Shown here: piece after piece, positions 18,955 to 27,858 of the stretch
Numbering within the stretch: the stretch's first letter is position 1
Layout: the number at the start of each line of letters is the position of its first letter
DNA from: a virus
Taxonomy: Duplodnaviria > Caudoviricetes
Length of the DNA stretch: 64,000 nt
Virus record (IMG/VR): IMGVR_UViG_2731957577_000001
Span: 134,000-197,999 of that record
Strand: one strand, 5' to 3'
The notes under the pieces: model-generated
What the model saw: only the letters and a program-made list of their open reading frames with translations
Told to the model about the DNA's origin: nothing
Databases searched by the model: none
Program-made: the position numbers and the translations under genes

Positions 18955-19203
18955 TCACCAAGGCTTATCCAGCTTCTCTATCGAGAGAAGAAGGGCGCGG
19001 GGAAGGGCATACATGCAATGATACTTATTCCTCACATGAATCGTTTGATCATCATAGTCCACCAACTCACCCCGGCATACGTTCACCTTGGATAAACCCC
19101 GAAACACTTCTATGTACGCTACACGAACCATGTCTCCAACCCTAAAGTACCGGTCACACAGGATACACCCATCCCGTTGAAGATACTCACTGACTAGTTC
19201 CAC
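18955..19203 (-). CDS. Small Sm/SH3-like protein (MELVSEYL)
   Basis: F.VGDMVRV.YI shared with neighbour. Confidence 0.75.
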   Translation of the reverse strand: MELVSEYLQRDGCILCDRYFRVGDMVRVAYIEVFRGLSKVNVCRGELVDYDDQTIHVRNKYHCMYALPRALLLSIEKLDKPW

Positions 19204-19441
19204 ACGTCATCACCTTACTCACAGACACCAAAAGCCTTATCGGAATCCTCCTTGCCGTATCTTTACCCTCCAGCCATATATCCTCCTCATCAAACTCCAC
19301 TAGCTTGCCCCGAAACACACGCTGTTTAATACCGTGCGGGGATAAATCAAAGTACACCACACCCACGGTCTCACCACGCTGAACATAGCAACCATTTAGG
19401 ACAAAGCTCTTGTCCCTTATGTATTCACGAACTAGTTCCAT
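19187..19441 (-). CDS. Small Sm/SH3-like protein (MELVREYI)
   Basis: GE.V.V.Y...RG.LV.FD...I pattern. Confidence 0.75.
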   Translation of the reverse strand: MELVREYIRDKSFVLNGCYVQRGETVGVVYFDLSPHGIKQRVFRGKLVEFDEEDIWLEGKDTARRIPIRLLVSVSKVMTCGTSQ

Positions 19442-19442
19442 A

Positions 19443-19676
19443 TCACCACCCCATATGCACTTCAATATACTCAATGCTCCGGATCGACATCGTAATCCAA
19501 GAGCCACTCCTGGTCTCAATGGCGACTTGTTCCTCTGAAAGCCACACTACACGTCCATCATAGTCGGTGCCACGATAGCGAAGAGATACTACGTCGCCAA
19601 CACATACTTCGATACCACGAATGAGCACGGACTGTGGATTCAATCGACCACTGTATGCTTTGATCAACTCCATCAT
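19443..19676 (-). CDS. Small Sm/SH3-like protein (MMELIKAY)
   Basis: VGD.V...Y.G..Y.G.V.W.S...I. Confidence 0.7.
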   Translation of the reverse strand: MMELIKAYSGRLNPQSVLIRGIEVCVGDVVSLRYRGTDYDGRVVWLSEEQVAIETRSGSWITMSIRSIEYIEVHMGW

Positions 19677-19764
19677 ATAACCCCCAAGGTGGCGCATCCA
19701 TTCTCCAAGATGAGCCGACAGGATTCTTGGGTAAGGAAAGGACGGCGGGGAAGATGAAGCCGCC

Positions 19765-19929
19765 CTAACACCCAATGTACTCTGCAATATAGTCCGTAAT
19801 CACACCCTCATCCTCTGGTTCATATCCATGCCGTTCACAATACCGACGATAATGCAGGCTGTTTCCATCACTTGTCACCCATGCACGTAACTCTTTATCA
19901 TACCAGTACAAAGTCACTGAATTCTGCAT
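19765..19929 (-). CDS. Small hypothetical protein (54 aa, MQNSVTLYWYD...)
   Basis: AAGGAG SD; followed by a GC hairpin. Confidence 0.55.
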   Translation of the reverse strand: MQNSVTLYWYDKELRAWVTSDGNSLHYRRYCERHGYEPEDEGVITDYIAEYIGC

Positions 19930-20115
19930 AAACAACACTCCTTTCCGAGCTTCATGAACAAGTCACAGCACATTCATCACAAATCGCTCTCCTAAATCAG
20001 CCGATAGGCTTGAAGGGCATTACACAACCAGAAACACAGTATACCCTAACTTACCACCACTTTGAACATCCCGTAGGGGACATGAAACACCATACACATG
20101 ACACATGGATGACCA

Positions 20116-20290
20116 TTAGATGAACCTTGTATGACTGAAAAGAAACTTGTGAGATATGTCCTTGAAACACCGAAAAGACCCTCGTGTAATATGCTCTTGA
20201 AACAACCAAAAGACCATTTCGAGATATGCACTTGAAACCTCGAAAAGCCCCTTTTTGTGTGGGCTTGAAACACCAAAAAGACCCTGCCAA
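20116..20290. repeat. Five ~35-bp direct repeats (core CTTGAAACACCNAAAAGACC)
   Basis: Cores at 20126, 20161, 20196, 20231, 20264 in non-coding DNA. Confidence 0.8.
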
Positions 20291-20520
20291 ACCCCGCACG
20301 AGGCACCGCCAAGGACCTGCACACGATAATGCCGGATTACCACAAGTTGATGATGTATCGGCTTGCATCGAGTCATGGACATGGGGCACAGAGAGAGAAG
20401 CAGAGAGGGGAGGATGGGAGTGTGCATGTGGGGTAGGGGAGAGACATGCGTACATCCGCATCCCGGAGGGTTGGGACAGGGGCTGCATCGTTCCAGCCCC
20501 CATCCCGGTCTGCGTGATGC

Positions 20521-23500
20521 TTACTCGTAGACACAGAAGCCCACAATGGCAAACTTCACAGTATGCTTGCCATTGAACTCGGCTTCCTCGACGTCGGCCA
20601 CAAAGGCCTTGTGTCCGCTGAAGAAGGGATAGGCAGAGGCATAGAGACGGCCAACCTTGAGACCATTGAAATAGACAAAGGCTACAAGGTTGCCGGTGAG
20701 TTTCTCTTCTTCATAGCGGATGCCGATGATGCCACCATTCTTGAGGGCGGCTTCGACTTTCTCACCAGAGATGCCACGCAACACACTCATGGAGACGTTG
20801 AAGTGGCTTGGCGCGACTGCCTCAATGGTGTTCGGTGTCTTGGTACCAGAGACGACCATGCAAGCCGCCAACAGTTGACGCTTGGCCGCCACCCACGGGA
20901 AGGCATGGGCTTCACTCTTGGATTCGGCATAGGTCATGTGATAGGCGACATAGCCAATCTCTTCAGGAGCAAAACCAGCTTCGAGAGCGGCGATGGCTCG
21001 TTGAGCCTTCTCGACGATGGCACCGATCTTGTTCTTGCGTTCTTCCTCGATGCGATTCTTGCCGGTCACATAGAGCGGCGATTTATCGTCTCCATCGACC
21101 GCAGCCAGCAGGTTCTCGAGTTGCTTCTCGGAATACTCGAACGCCTGGGAGATCGCATAGCCATATTCCCGCTTGATCGGCGCGATATGCTTCTTCAACG
21201 CCTCGAAGCGCGCGGGATCCATGACGATGCAGGAGCTGAGTTCACCAAGGATGTTACAGCTCATGTCCTCCTTGTTCATGGACTCGACCACATCGAGGAT
21301 GTTGGCCTCGAGATAGTCCTGAACATGCTTGCGGACCTGAGACAACACACTTCCAGTGAAGCGCCCTTCACGACCACGACGAGCGGCCATCCAGTCTGGA
21401 TTGAACCAGACGCGACGACCGAGTTTCTCGTTCCACACCGAGACAAACTCAGGTGGATTGCCGATGAAGGACAGCTCATCCTTCAGATGCTCTTCATACG
21501 CGCCACCATGCTTCGGACGGTCAATCTCCCAACCTTGGCACAGACGCAGGAGTTCGATCCAACGTTCATACCGCTCGATCTCCGCCAGCAGGTCTTCCTT
21601 ATTGCCGACGCCCATCGCCACCATATAGCCAAGGCGGCGGACGGCATCGGCCAAACGAGTCGCATAGTTCGTCAGCTGGCCGATCTTATTCGGCACGAGC
21701 TTGCGAACCACCCAAGCCTTGGACATGTCATGAATGGCCTGAATCAGTTCATGACCATACAACGTATCCTCGAACTTGAGTGTCCAACCATCCTGCTCCA
21801 CGTCATCAAAGGCAATGGCCTGAGCTTCGCCCCAATCCATCGCCCACGGGCAACCTTCGACCCACTCATAGTTGCCATCCTCCAGACGGCGGAAGGATTT
21901 ATCGAGGATGGCGGGATAGGACTTCTTCTTCAGAACCTCGACGATCTCCGCCTGTGTCGTCGCCAGAGTGGTATCACCATCATTATCGGCGCCACCCTGC
22001 TGAACAGTGGCAAAGTCATGGACACTCATGACACACAGGTTCTCAAAGCCACCCTTGGCCGCGGCACGCACATAGTTCTGCGGCGCCACGCATTTAACCA
22101 GAGCGGCTTCACCCTTGGCAATCGCGGGATTACGCATAAGCGCCACTTCCCGAGTCTCAATGCTGCGGCTGTCGTCGGACACCATGAAGACGGTGTTCGG
22201 ACGCAGACCGATGTGTTCCGGCACGATGACTTCGCCTTCTGGGCAGAGCCGGTGCGCTTCCAGAATCGCATACGGATCTTGCACCATCCAGCGATAGTGA
22301 CCTTCGACCGGAATCATGCCCTTGGTCCACATGTCCGCGATGTTCATCAGGATGTCCCGAGCGTACTTCTTCATCTGCAAGTCTTTCAGGGTGAAAGGCG
22401 CTGCAAACAAGAAGTGGGTGAAGGTCGATACCAGTGTCTTGTTCAGCACCTCTTCGGCTTCTTCGTCCTCCAGGCTCAGGATCTCCTCTTGAGACGGAAG
22501 TCCGACATACTCAGAGATCAACTCGGGATCATGCAGCATGTCGACCAGACGATCCAGATGCCGTGTGACAATCTTCTTCGCCGTCTCCGCGCCCATGCTC
22601 ATGATGTGCATGAACTGATACGGAAGCAGCGTGAACTTCTTGCAGTTACGCGCCTGCTTGTTGAACAAGGCAATGCGCAGGGTGATGGTATGCTTCATCA
22701 GGTCGATATTGCGATAATCGCCCTTGACAGCGCCCTCCATCGCCACAATGTCTTCCTCGAAATACTTCTCAAGGCCTGGGACATAGACCATCAGACCCTT
22801 GGTGAAGGGAGTAATGCGAATCTGGAACGCCGAGCTGCGGACATCAAATTCCTTGCAGAGCGTCTTCCAGACCCGAGCATTGCAGAACACCAGGCCATCA
22901 CCCACCGCAAACTTCTGCGGGAACTTCGCGGCATCAAAGACCTCGAACTGCTTGGTCTCCATGTTGAAGGCCTTGAACTTTCCGGTCTTCACAATGGCAT
23001 GGGCCTGACGCGCCACACGCATGGTAAACTTGCCGCCGACGATGGAATACTCACCATTGGCATGCTCCACAATCTCCGTGCCAAACGTAATCGCCCGGCT
23101 CGGGATGGTGTTGGTGGACGCCAAGCCAAAGCGCTTCATGCCCTTGGTGATGTCCAGCACCCATTTGCCGTCCTTCTTCTTGGCAAAGGCGCGGAAGTCC
23201 ATGCCGATTGCCTCAAAGACTTTCGGCACCGACAGATCGACCAGGAACACACCTTGCAGCGTGCGGTCCTGAGATGGAGAGGCCATGAAATACTCAGCCT
23301 TGTGAACCCTGTTGCCACCCTTGATGAAGAAGCCGTTGTGAACGACATGTTCACGCATCGCTTCGCTCTCCGGCTCCATGTTCTTGAGGTTCAGGTTCAC
23401 ATAGCATAGAACCGGAAGCACACGCACACCATTGACCTCGACGACCTTGTGAAGCAGAGCGTCCGTCAAAGCGCTCTGATTCTGACGCTGATACCCTGAG

Positions 23501-23688
23501 CGTGGATCCTCATCGACCAAGACGCGGGGATCCGCATAGTTGAGCGTGGAGACATAGCCATTGAGTTCTGCATCCCAAACCATTGCATTGACGTCGGCGC
23601 GAAGGACGGTGATGCCATAACGCTTCTTGCTGCTCTTCATGATGATCTCCTCCTGGATGTGGTTGTTGATGAGGGTGGTGTGGTTCAT
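20521..23688 (-). CDS. Single-subunit two-barrel RNA polymerase of the cellular RdRP family (SPbeta YonO-like)
   Basis: SPSQ.R, R.GLA.TNT, GDG, SAFQIR...KG, RNP.I..GE and catalytic GGADNDGD motifs in RdRP order; start ambiguous (23640, 23688 or ~23757). Confidence 0.85.
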   Translation of the reverse strand: MNHTTLINNHIQEEIIMKSSKKRYGITVLRADVNAMVWDAELNGYVSTLNYADPRVLVDEDPRSGYQRQNQSALTDALLHKVVEVNGVRVLPVLCYVNLNLKNMEPESEAMREHVVHNGFFIKGGNRVHKAEYFMASPSQDRTLQGVFLVDLSVPKVFEAIGMDFRAFAKKKDGKWVLDITKGMKRFGLASTNTIPSRAITFGTEIVEHANGEYSIVGGKFTMRVARQAHAIVKTGKFKAFNMETKQFEVFDAAKFPQKFAVGDGLVFCNARVWKTLCKEFDVRSSAFQIRITPFTKGLMVYVPGLEKYFEEDIVAMEGAVKGDYRNIDLMKHTITLRIALFNKQARNCKKFTLLPYQFMHIMSMGAETAKKIVTRHLDRLVDMLHDPELISEYVGLPSQEEILSLEDEEAEEVLNKTLVSTFTHFLFAAPFTLKDLQMKKYARDILMNIADMWTKGMIPVEGHYRWMVQDPYAILEAHRLCPEGEVIVPEHIGLRPNTVFMVSDDSRSIETREVALMRNPAIAKGEAALVKCVAPQNYVRAAAKGGFENLCVMSVHDFATVQQGGADNDGDTTLATTQAEIVEVLKKKSYPAILDKSFRRLEDGNYEWVEGCPWAMDWGEAQAIAFDDVEQDGWTLKFEDTLYGHELIQAIHDMSKAWVVRKLVPNKIGQLTNYATRLADAVRRLGYMVAMGVGNKEDLLAEIERYERWIELLRLCQGWEIDRPKHGGAYEEHLKDELSFIGNPPEFVSVWNEKLGRRVWFNPDWMAARRGREGRFTGSVLSQVRKHVQDYLEANILDVVESMNKEDMSCNILGELSSCIVMDPARFEALKKHIAPIKREYGYAISQAFEYSEKQLENLLAAVDGDDKSPLYVTGKNRIEEERKNKIGAIVEKAQRAIAALEAGFAPEEIGYVAYHMTYAESKSEAHAFPWVAAKRQLLAACMVVSGTKTPNTIEAVAPSHFNVSMSVLRGISGEKVEAALKNGGIIGIRYEEEKLTGNLVAFVYFNGLKVGRLYASAYPFFSGHKAFVADVEEAEFNGKHTVKFAIVGFCVYE

Positions 23689-23756
23689 GAACATTTCCTC
23701 CTTGGAATTCATAAGATTCTGATATTGATAGGCATTGAAAGGCACTTCATGATTCA

Positions 23757-24182
23757 TCACAGATCCAGCTCCTTGTTCTCGTATTTGTCGACCCATTCCC
23801 AGTAGAGGTCGAATGCAGACTCCACACTGGCTTTGTCGATGAGTTTGACCAAGGTGTGTTGGAGGCCATATCGCCCTTTGAAGGAGAATGAAATGCCAAA
23901 CACAATGACGGGCTGCGGAAACACCTCATGGCGATTGCGCCACCTTGCCCCAACCGCGATACTATAGACGCCAAGCACATCGACTTGGCCCAAGAAGAAC
24001 GTATGGTCCTTCTTGTCAAAGGCGGTGGTGAAGTCGACGGGAACCCCATAGAGATACCCATCGGCTCCATAGAGTCGGTCCTCCACTTGCGTGGAGACGC
24101 GGAAGTCGCGTCCGAAGACCTGCTCAAAGTGCAAAATGAGCATGTCCTCGATCCGTTGACCATAGCTTTGACGAATCCACAT
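23757..24182 (-). CDS. Putative PD-(D/E)XK nuclease-fold protein
   Basis: G..IE helix, then ED...GAD......VDFT; AAGGAGG SD; coupled to the polymerase gene. Confidence 0.55.
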   Translation of the reverse strand: MWIRQSYGQRIEDMLILHFEQVFGRDFRVSTQVEDRLYGADGYLYGVPVDFTTAFDKKDHTFFLGQVDVLGVYSIAVGARWRNRHEVFPQPVIVFGISFSFKGRYGLQHTLVKLIDKASVESAFDLYWEWVDKYENKELDL

Positions 24183-24211
24183 AGGGAACTCCTCCTTCGA
24201 GCGTTTTTGAG

Positions 24212-24528
24212 AAAAAAGAAAAAGCCTCATGTAGGGACAATGACGAACTCATCCCTACAAAAGGCGGGGAATCAAGAATTCTCTCCATGCTTGGATAGGG
24301 TTTCTATCGTGCGACAAGCATGGCGTCTTTGTCCTTGTACCCTGTGTGCTATGGACAAAGACACAGCATCACACACAGGGAGCGTGTGGTGTTTCACGGA
24401 TCGAATGCAGCCACGCTTCCTGCATTCGACCGGACCACGGCATCCTCTGAATCACCTGTCGTCATCACAGGACTGCAGATCCAGAGAACCCATGATCATC
24501 TGCTCGTCTGAGCCAATCAGACGAACAG
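24212..24528 (-). ncRNA. Candidate structured RNA/leader: six stems, two pseudoknots, terminal intrinsic terminator
   Basis: Perfect 9-10-bp stems, loop complementarities, G-U wobbles that favour the minus strand. Confidence 0.6.
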
Positions 24529-25041
24529 CGTCAGCACAATGAACTCCACAGCTTGCCAAGCGATGAAGAAGGGCCAGAACAATCCCATCGTCGCCAGGAT
24601 CACGAGACCCGCAAACCACAAGCTGCCATACGAAAGACCATCTAAGAGATTGCCAAATGTCAATTGGCGACCTAATAGATAACGCTTAATCAACCAAATC
24701 AATGCGGTGACAAAGAACACCACAGCAAATCCCGTCAACAAGGCACCCGTGATGGTGGAGCAACCCCAACTCGCCAGAACCGCAGCACTCGCCACGGTCA
24801 CATGGCTGGTGTGCTTGCGAATCATCGCCTCCAACTTCCGAGCTCCAGCCTGGATCTTCTCCCACACCTTGCCGCCAATCGTCTTAAAGAAGCATTTTGC
24901 TTTGTCCACAAAGCCCATCTTCTCTTCCTCCTTCTTCTCTTCGTTCACAATCTCTGCATCAATCACCAACGACGTCTTTGTGTCCTTCGCCTCAGCACCC
25001 ACACGACCAAACCCACCAAACAACAGCTCATGCAACGTCAT
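24517..25041 (-). CDS. Multi-pass membrane protein
   Basis: AAGGAGG SD; 3-4 hydrophobic segments. Confidence 0.75.
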   Translation of the reverse strand: MTLHELLFGGFGRVGAEAKDTKTSLVIDAEIVNEEKKEEEKMGFVDKAKCFFKTIGGKVWEKIQAGARKLEAMIRKHTSHVTVASAAVLASWGCSTITGALLTGFAVVFFVTALIWLIKRYLLGRQLTFGNLLDGLSYGSLWFAGLVILATMGLFWPFFIAWQAVEFIVLTLFV

Positions 25042-25146
25042 GACAACATTCCTCCTTGCGTACCATGCTCGCCAGCAGATTGGTTTTGGTGTACCGAGTA
25101 CACCATGAGACCCACCTCATCAGAGGTGAGTCCGAGCTGTACTCGG

Positions 25147-25359
25147 TCAGGACGCCAAGTGCGCATACATCTTGTATCCCTTCAGCGTCAGGTTCACGGC
25201 AAAGCCCTCTTGCTTCGTGTGCCAAACATGAACAATGCCCTCGTCTTCGAGGGCACGGAAGTTTTCCAAGTGTAGTCCATACGGCACCAGCGTCTTCACC
25301 AGCACAAACTTGTTTTGGCGACGTGCATCTACGAGAATCCTTGCGAGGCTTTCCGACAT
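25147..25359 (-). CDS. Putative winged-helix protein, paralogue of 11389..11670
   Basis: AGGAGG SD; LA.ILV.A...N..V...L..YGL.L...LED.G.V...T..GY..Y. Confidence 0.7.
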   Translation of the reverse strand: MSESLARILVDARRQNKFVLVKTLVPYGLHLENFRALEDEGIVHVWHTKQEGFAVNLTLKGYKMYAHLAS

Positions 25360-25720
25360 GAAGTTCACCCTCCTGCAGATGTTTTTGGGCATGAAAAGGG
25401 GGTGGGGCATCGAACGCCGCCACCCACATGCCAACAATTCAACCTATCACCCCGCGCAATTTTTTATATTTTGTGGCCCCTATATGGCGTTTCCTTTTCC
25501 TGTAAACTATGGAGGGAGAGAAAAAGGGAGAGGGGAAGAGAGGAAATCGGTGCAGTGTACAATAAAGGTGTTCTATGAATTACCCCACCGGGGACAAGCC
25601 CATATGACTGGCTATGACCCCTGGCCGTGGCCACGCGCAGTCAGGTATCGTTTTATGTTCTGAGGCGTCTTGGCCAAAAATTTTTTTATACTACCTGTAG
25701 GTCTCTATAGCGAAATTTCG

Positions 25721-25748
25721 TATAATGGGAATGATGAAAGGCATTACA
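25721..25748 (+). promoter_or_regulatory. -10 box TATAAT followed by operator TGAAAGGCATTACA
   Basis: Start of the plus-strand gene block; motif repeated through the window. Confidence 0.7.
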
Positions 25749-25764
25749 GAGGGGAGAGGGGATC

Positions 25765-26346
25765 ATGCTGCTCTTTATCGACACAGAAACCGGAGGACTG
25801 AATCCAGACAAACATTCCTTGTTGCAAGTTGCGATGCAACTGTATGACGGAGAGAACGAGCATGAACCGTTCACCCTCTTTATCAAGCATGAGGAGTATG
25901 TCGTGACAGAAGAAGCCATGCGGATCAATGGTCTCAGCCTTAGCGACATCAACAAGTACGGCTTCACGCCAACGGAAGCTGTCAGTCAAATCCTGTCCTG
26001 GATACGGGAAATGGACCTGATGAAAGAGAAACCGACCCTGGCCGGGCACAACATCCATTTTGACCGAAGGTTCTTGCAGAAGTTGTTTCGGGACGGTAGT
26101 TGTGACCTTGATAATTTCTTCAGCTATCGAACGCTTGATACAGCCTCGGTGATTCGGTTTCTGAAGGATGCCGAGATCCTCCCAGCGGACTTTCCGGATG
26201 GGTTGCACGACGCCGCGAAGGCGCTTGGGATCCGTGTCGTGGATGCACACACCGCGATCGGAGATGTCCGTGTGAACATCCAGCTCTATAAGCGACTGAA
26301 ACAACTCGTGAGAGGAGAATTCCAATGGGAAGAGTGCTTGCCATGA
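25765..26346 (+). CDS. DEDDh 3'-5' exonuclease (DnaQ-like)
   Basis: IDTETGGL, AGHN..FD, LDT, H.A..D. Confidence 0.92.
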   Translation: MLLFIDTETGGLNPDKHSLLQVAMQLYDGENEHEPFTLFIKHEEYVVTEEAMRINGLSLSDINKYGFTPTEAVSQILSWIREMDLMKEKPTLAGHNIHFDRRFLQKLFRDGSCDLDNFFSYRTLDTASVIRFLKDAEILPADFPDGLHDAAKALGIRVVDAHTAIGDVRVNIQLYKRLKQLVRGEFQWEECLP

Positions 26347-26942
26347 GCGACATTCATGGACAATACATTCCGTTCCAACAGGTTCTCTATGACGCAAAGT
26401 ATGACCCGAAGGAAGATACTTTGATTCTCTGTGGAGACTATTGTGACCGCGGTCCGCAGACGAAACAGGTGATCGAAGAAGTGATGAGTCTGGTGGCCAA
26501 AGGCGCCGTGGCCCTAAAGGGCAATCACGACGACTGGATGATCCGCTACGCTCTGCGAGAGATGGAGATAGACGAGGAAAGCTCATGGCTGGAGCAGGGT
26601 GGGAGAGAGACCCTCGAATCCTATGAAGATGAGATGGACGATTTATATTGGCATGCCCGATGGATGGACTCGAATCTCAAGCTCTACCACGAAACCGACC
26701 AATTCATCTTCGCGCATGCCGGCGTCTTGCCGGGTGTTTCCCTGGAGTCCCAACCGCCGTGGGCGCTGCTTTGGCGACGCTACCAGGGACCTTGCCAATT
26801 GGGGAAACTCGTGGTTCATGGCCACACGCCCGTGAAAGAAGTCACTCAGGTCTTTGACCAACTGTTTATTGATACCGGCTCGGTATTCGGCGGAAAATTG
26901 AGCCTCGTCGACCTCACCAATGGAATTGTCTATGCGGCATAG
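26325..26942 (+). CDS. Calcineurin-like metallophosphoesterase (phage Ser/Thr phosphatase-like)
   Basis: SDIHG, GDYCDRG, GNHD, HAG, HGHTP, IDTG. Confidence 0.93.
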   Translation: MGRVLAMSDIHGQYIPFQQVLYDAKYDPKEDTLILCGDYCDRGPQTKQVIEEVMSLVAKGAVALKGNHDDWMIRYALREMEIDEESSWLEQGGRETLESYEDEMDDLYWHARWMDSNLKLYHETDQFIFAHAGVLPGVSLESQPPWALLWRRYQGPCQLGKLVVHGHTPVKEVTQVFDQLFIDTGSVFGGKLSLVDLTNGIVYAA

Positions 26943-26996
26943 ATCTATCGTGTTATACTGGTCATGAAGTGCATTACACATAGGGCGGGGATAATC

Positions 26997-27224
26997 ATGA
27001 GATTCTTGCCAGATGAAGCCGAGATCATCTTGAACTACATTCGGGAGGCCGGCTTCATGAAGTTTCAAAAGAAGAAGGATGCCGAGGAGATTGTGAAACT
27101 CGGCAAGCAGGAAGGACTGACGCTCCGCAAATTGCATGCGCGTGGCGGGTACTACGTGTATGTGCCGGGGCAAGGGCCGTGGGATCAGTTCAAACTCGGA
27201 CCGATTCCGGTCATGGAGAAGTAG
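26997..27224 (+). CDS. Hypothetical protein
   Basis: Downstream of TGnTATACT and an operator at 26965-26978. Confidence 0.6.
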   Translation: MRFLPDEAEIILNYIREAGFMKFQKKKDAEEIVKLGKQEGLTLRKLHARGGYYVYVPGQGPWDQFKLGPIPVMEK

Positions 27225-27239
27225 TCAGGGGCGATTGAT

Positions 27240-27446
27240 ATGGAACTGGTCGAGCAATACCTAGAGTCTGTACAAAAGGTGCAAGGTCTGTATGTGCTCA
27301 GTCTCGATATTGAGGATGTTGCAACCGCACATCACATCGCAGAGCAGATTCGTGAACGCTGGAAACAGATGACCAGTGAGCCGTTGCTGGTGTTGCCCAA
27401 GGGTGCGAAGCTGGAATACTTGGAGTTAACCTCGACCGCTGGGTAG
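27240..27446 (+). CDS. Hypothetical protein starting MELVEQYL
   Basis: In operon; shared N-terminal motif. Confidence 0.65.
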   Translation: MELVEQYLESVQKVQGLYVLSLDIEDVATAHHIAEQIRERWKQMTSEPLLVLPKGAKLEYLELTSTAG

Positions 27447-27509
27447 GCATGGATCACCGTCAGGAATCTCCGGGAAGCGCATGAACGCATAGTGAGGGGA
27501 GAGGTTGAC

Positions 27510-27680
27510 ATGAGGGACGCTTGGATTCAGACGCTGTTTGACGCCGATCTGCGCACGGTCCATCCGGGATTTCGAGAACATATCGAGGACATCACCATTT
27601 ACGATCTACTCTGTCAGTACGCACTGGACAGCAAACCCGATGTGGTGGTGAAGTTCGTTGATGATGACGTGTACCACTGA
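27510..27680 (+). CDS. Hypothetical protein
   Basis: GAGGT SD. Confidence 0.5.
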   Translation: MRDAWIQTLFDADLRTVHPGFREHIEDITIYDLLCQYALDSKPDVVVKFVDDDVYH

Positions 27681-27858
27681 GCCGACGCTTCGCGTCGGGG
27701 ATCGGGTGGAAGATGGACGCCATGCCAAGCGCGTCGGCATAGTGATGAAACTCACCCCGGATGGACAGCGCGCGCTGGTGAAGTGGGAGCCGTATCGGAT
27801 TGCGACCACGTATTATGCGGTCCGAAATTTGAGGAGGGTTGGACATGCAAGCTACTGA
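27658..27858 (+). CDS. Small SH3-like protein
   Basis: LRVGDRV....VGIV....LVKW....Y...NL. Confidence 0.6.
   Translation: MMMTCTTEPTLRVGDRVEDGRHAKRVGIVMKLTPDGQRALVKWEPYRIATTYYAVRNLRRVGHASY

Noticed and set aside
20126-20290. CRISPR array (repeats contain TTGAAAC)
   Set aside because: A 35-bp period leaves no spacers, and no cas genes are present
20046-20503. Several overlapping ORFs in the repeat region
   Set aside because: No SD, implausible composition; treated as non-coding
20563-23409. 948-aa plus-strand ORF antisense to the polymerase
   Set aside because: Codon-register shadow of a gene that avoids TTA/CTA/TCA; no SD or motifs
24212-24528. tmRNA, hammerhead ribozyme or known riboswitch
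   Set aside because: No tRNA-like ends or tag ORF, no CUGAUGA core, and no recognisable aptamer consensus
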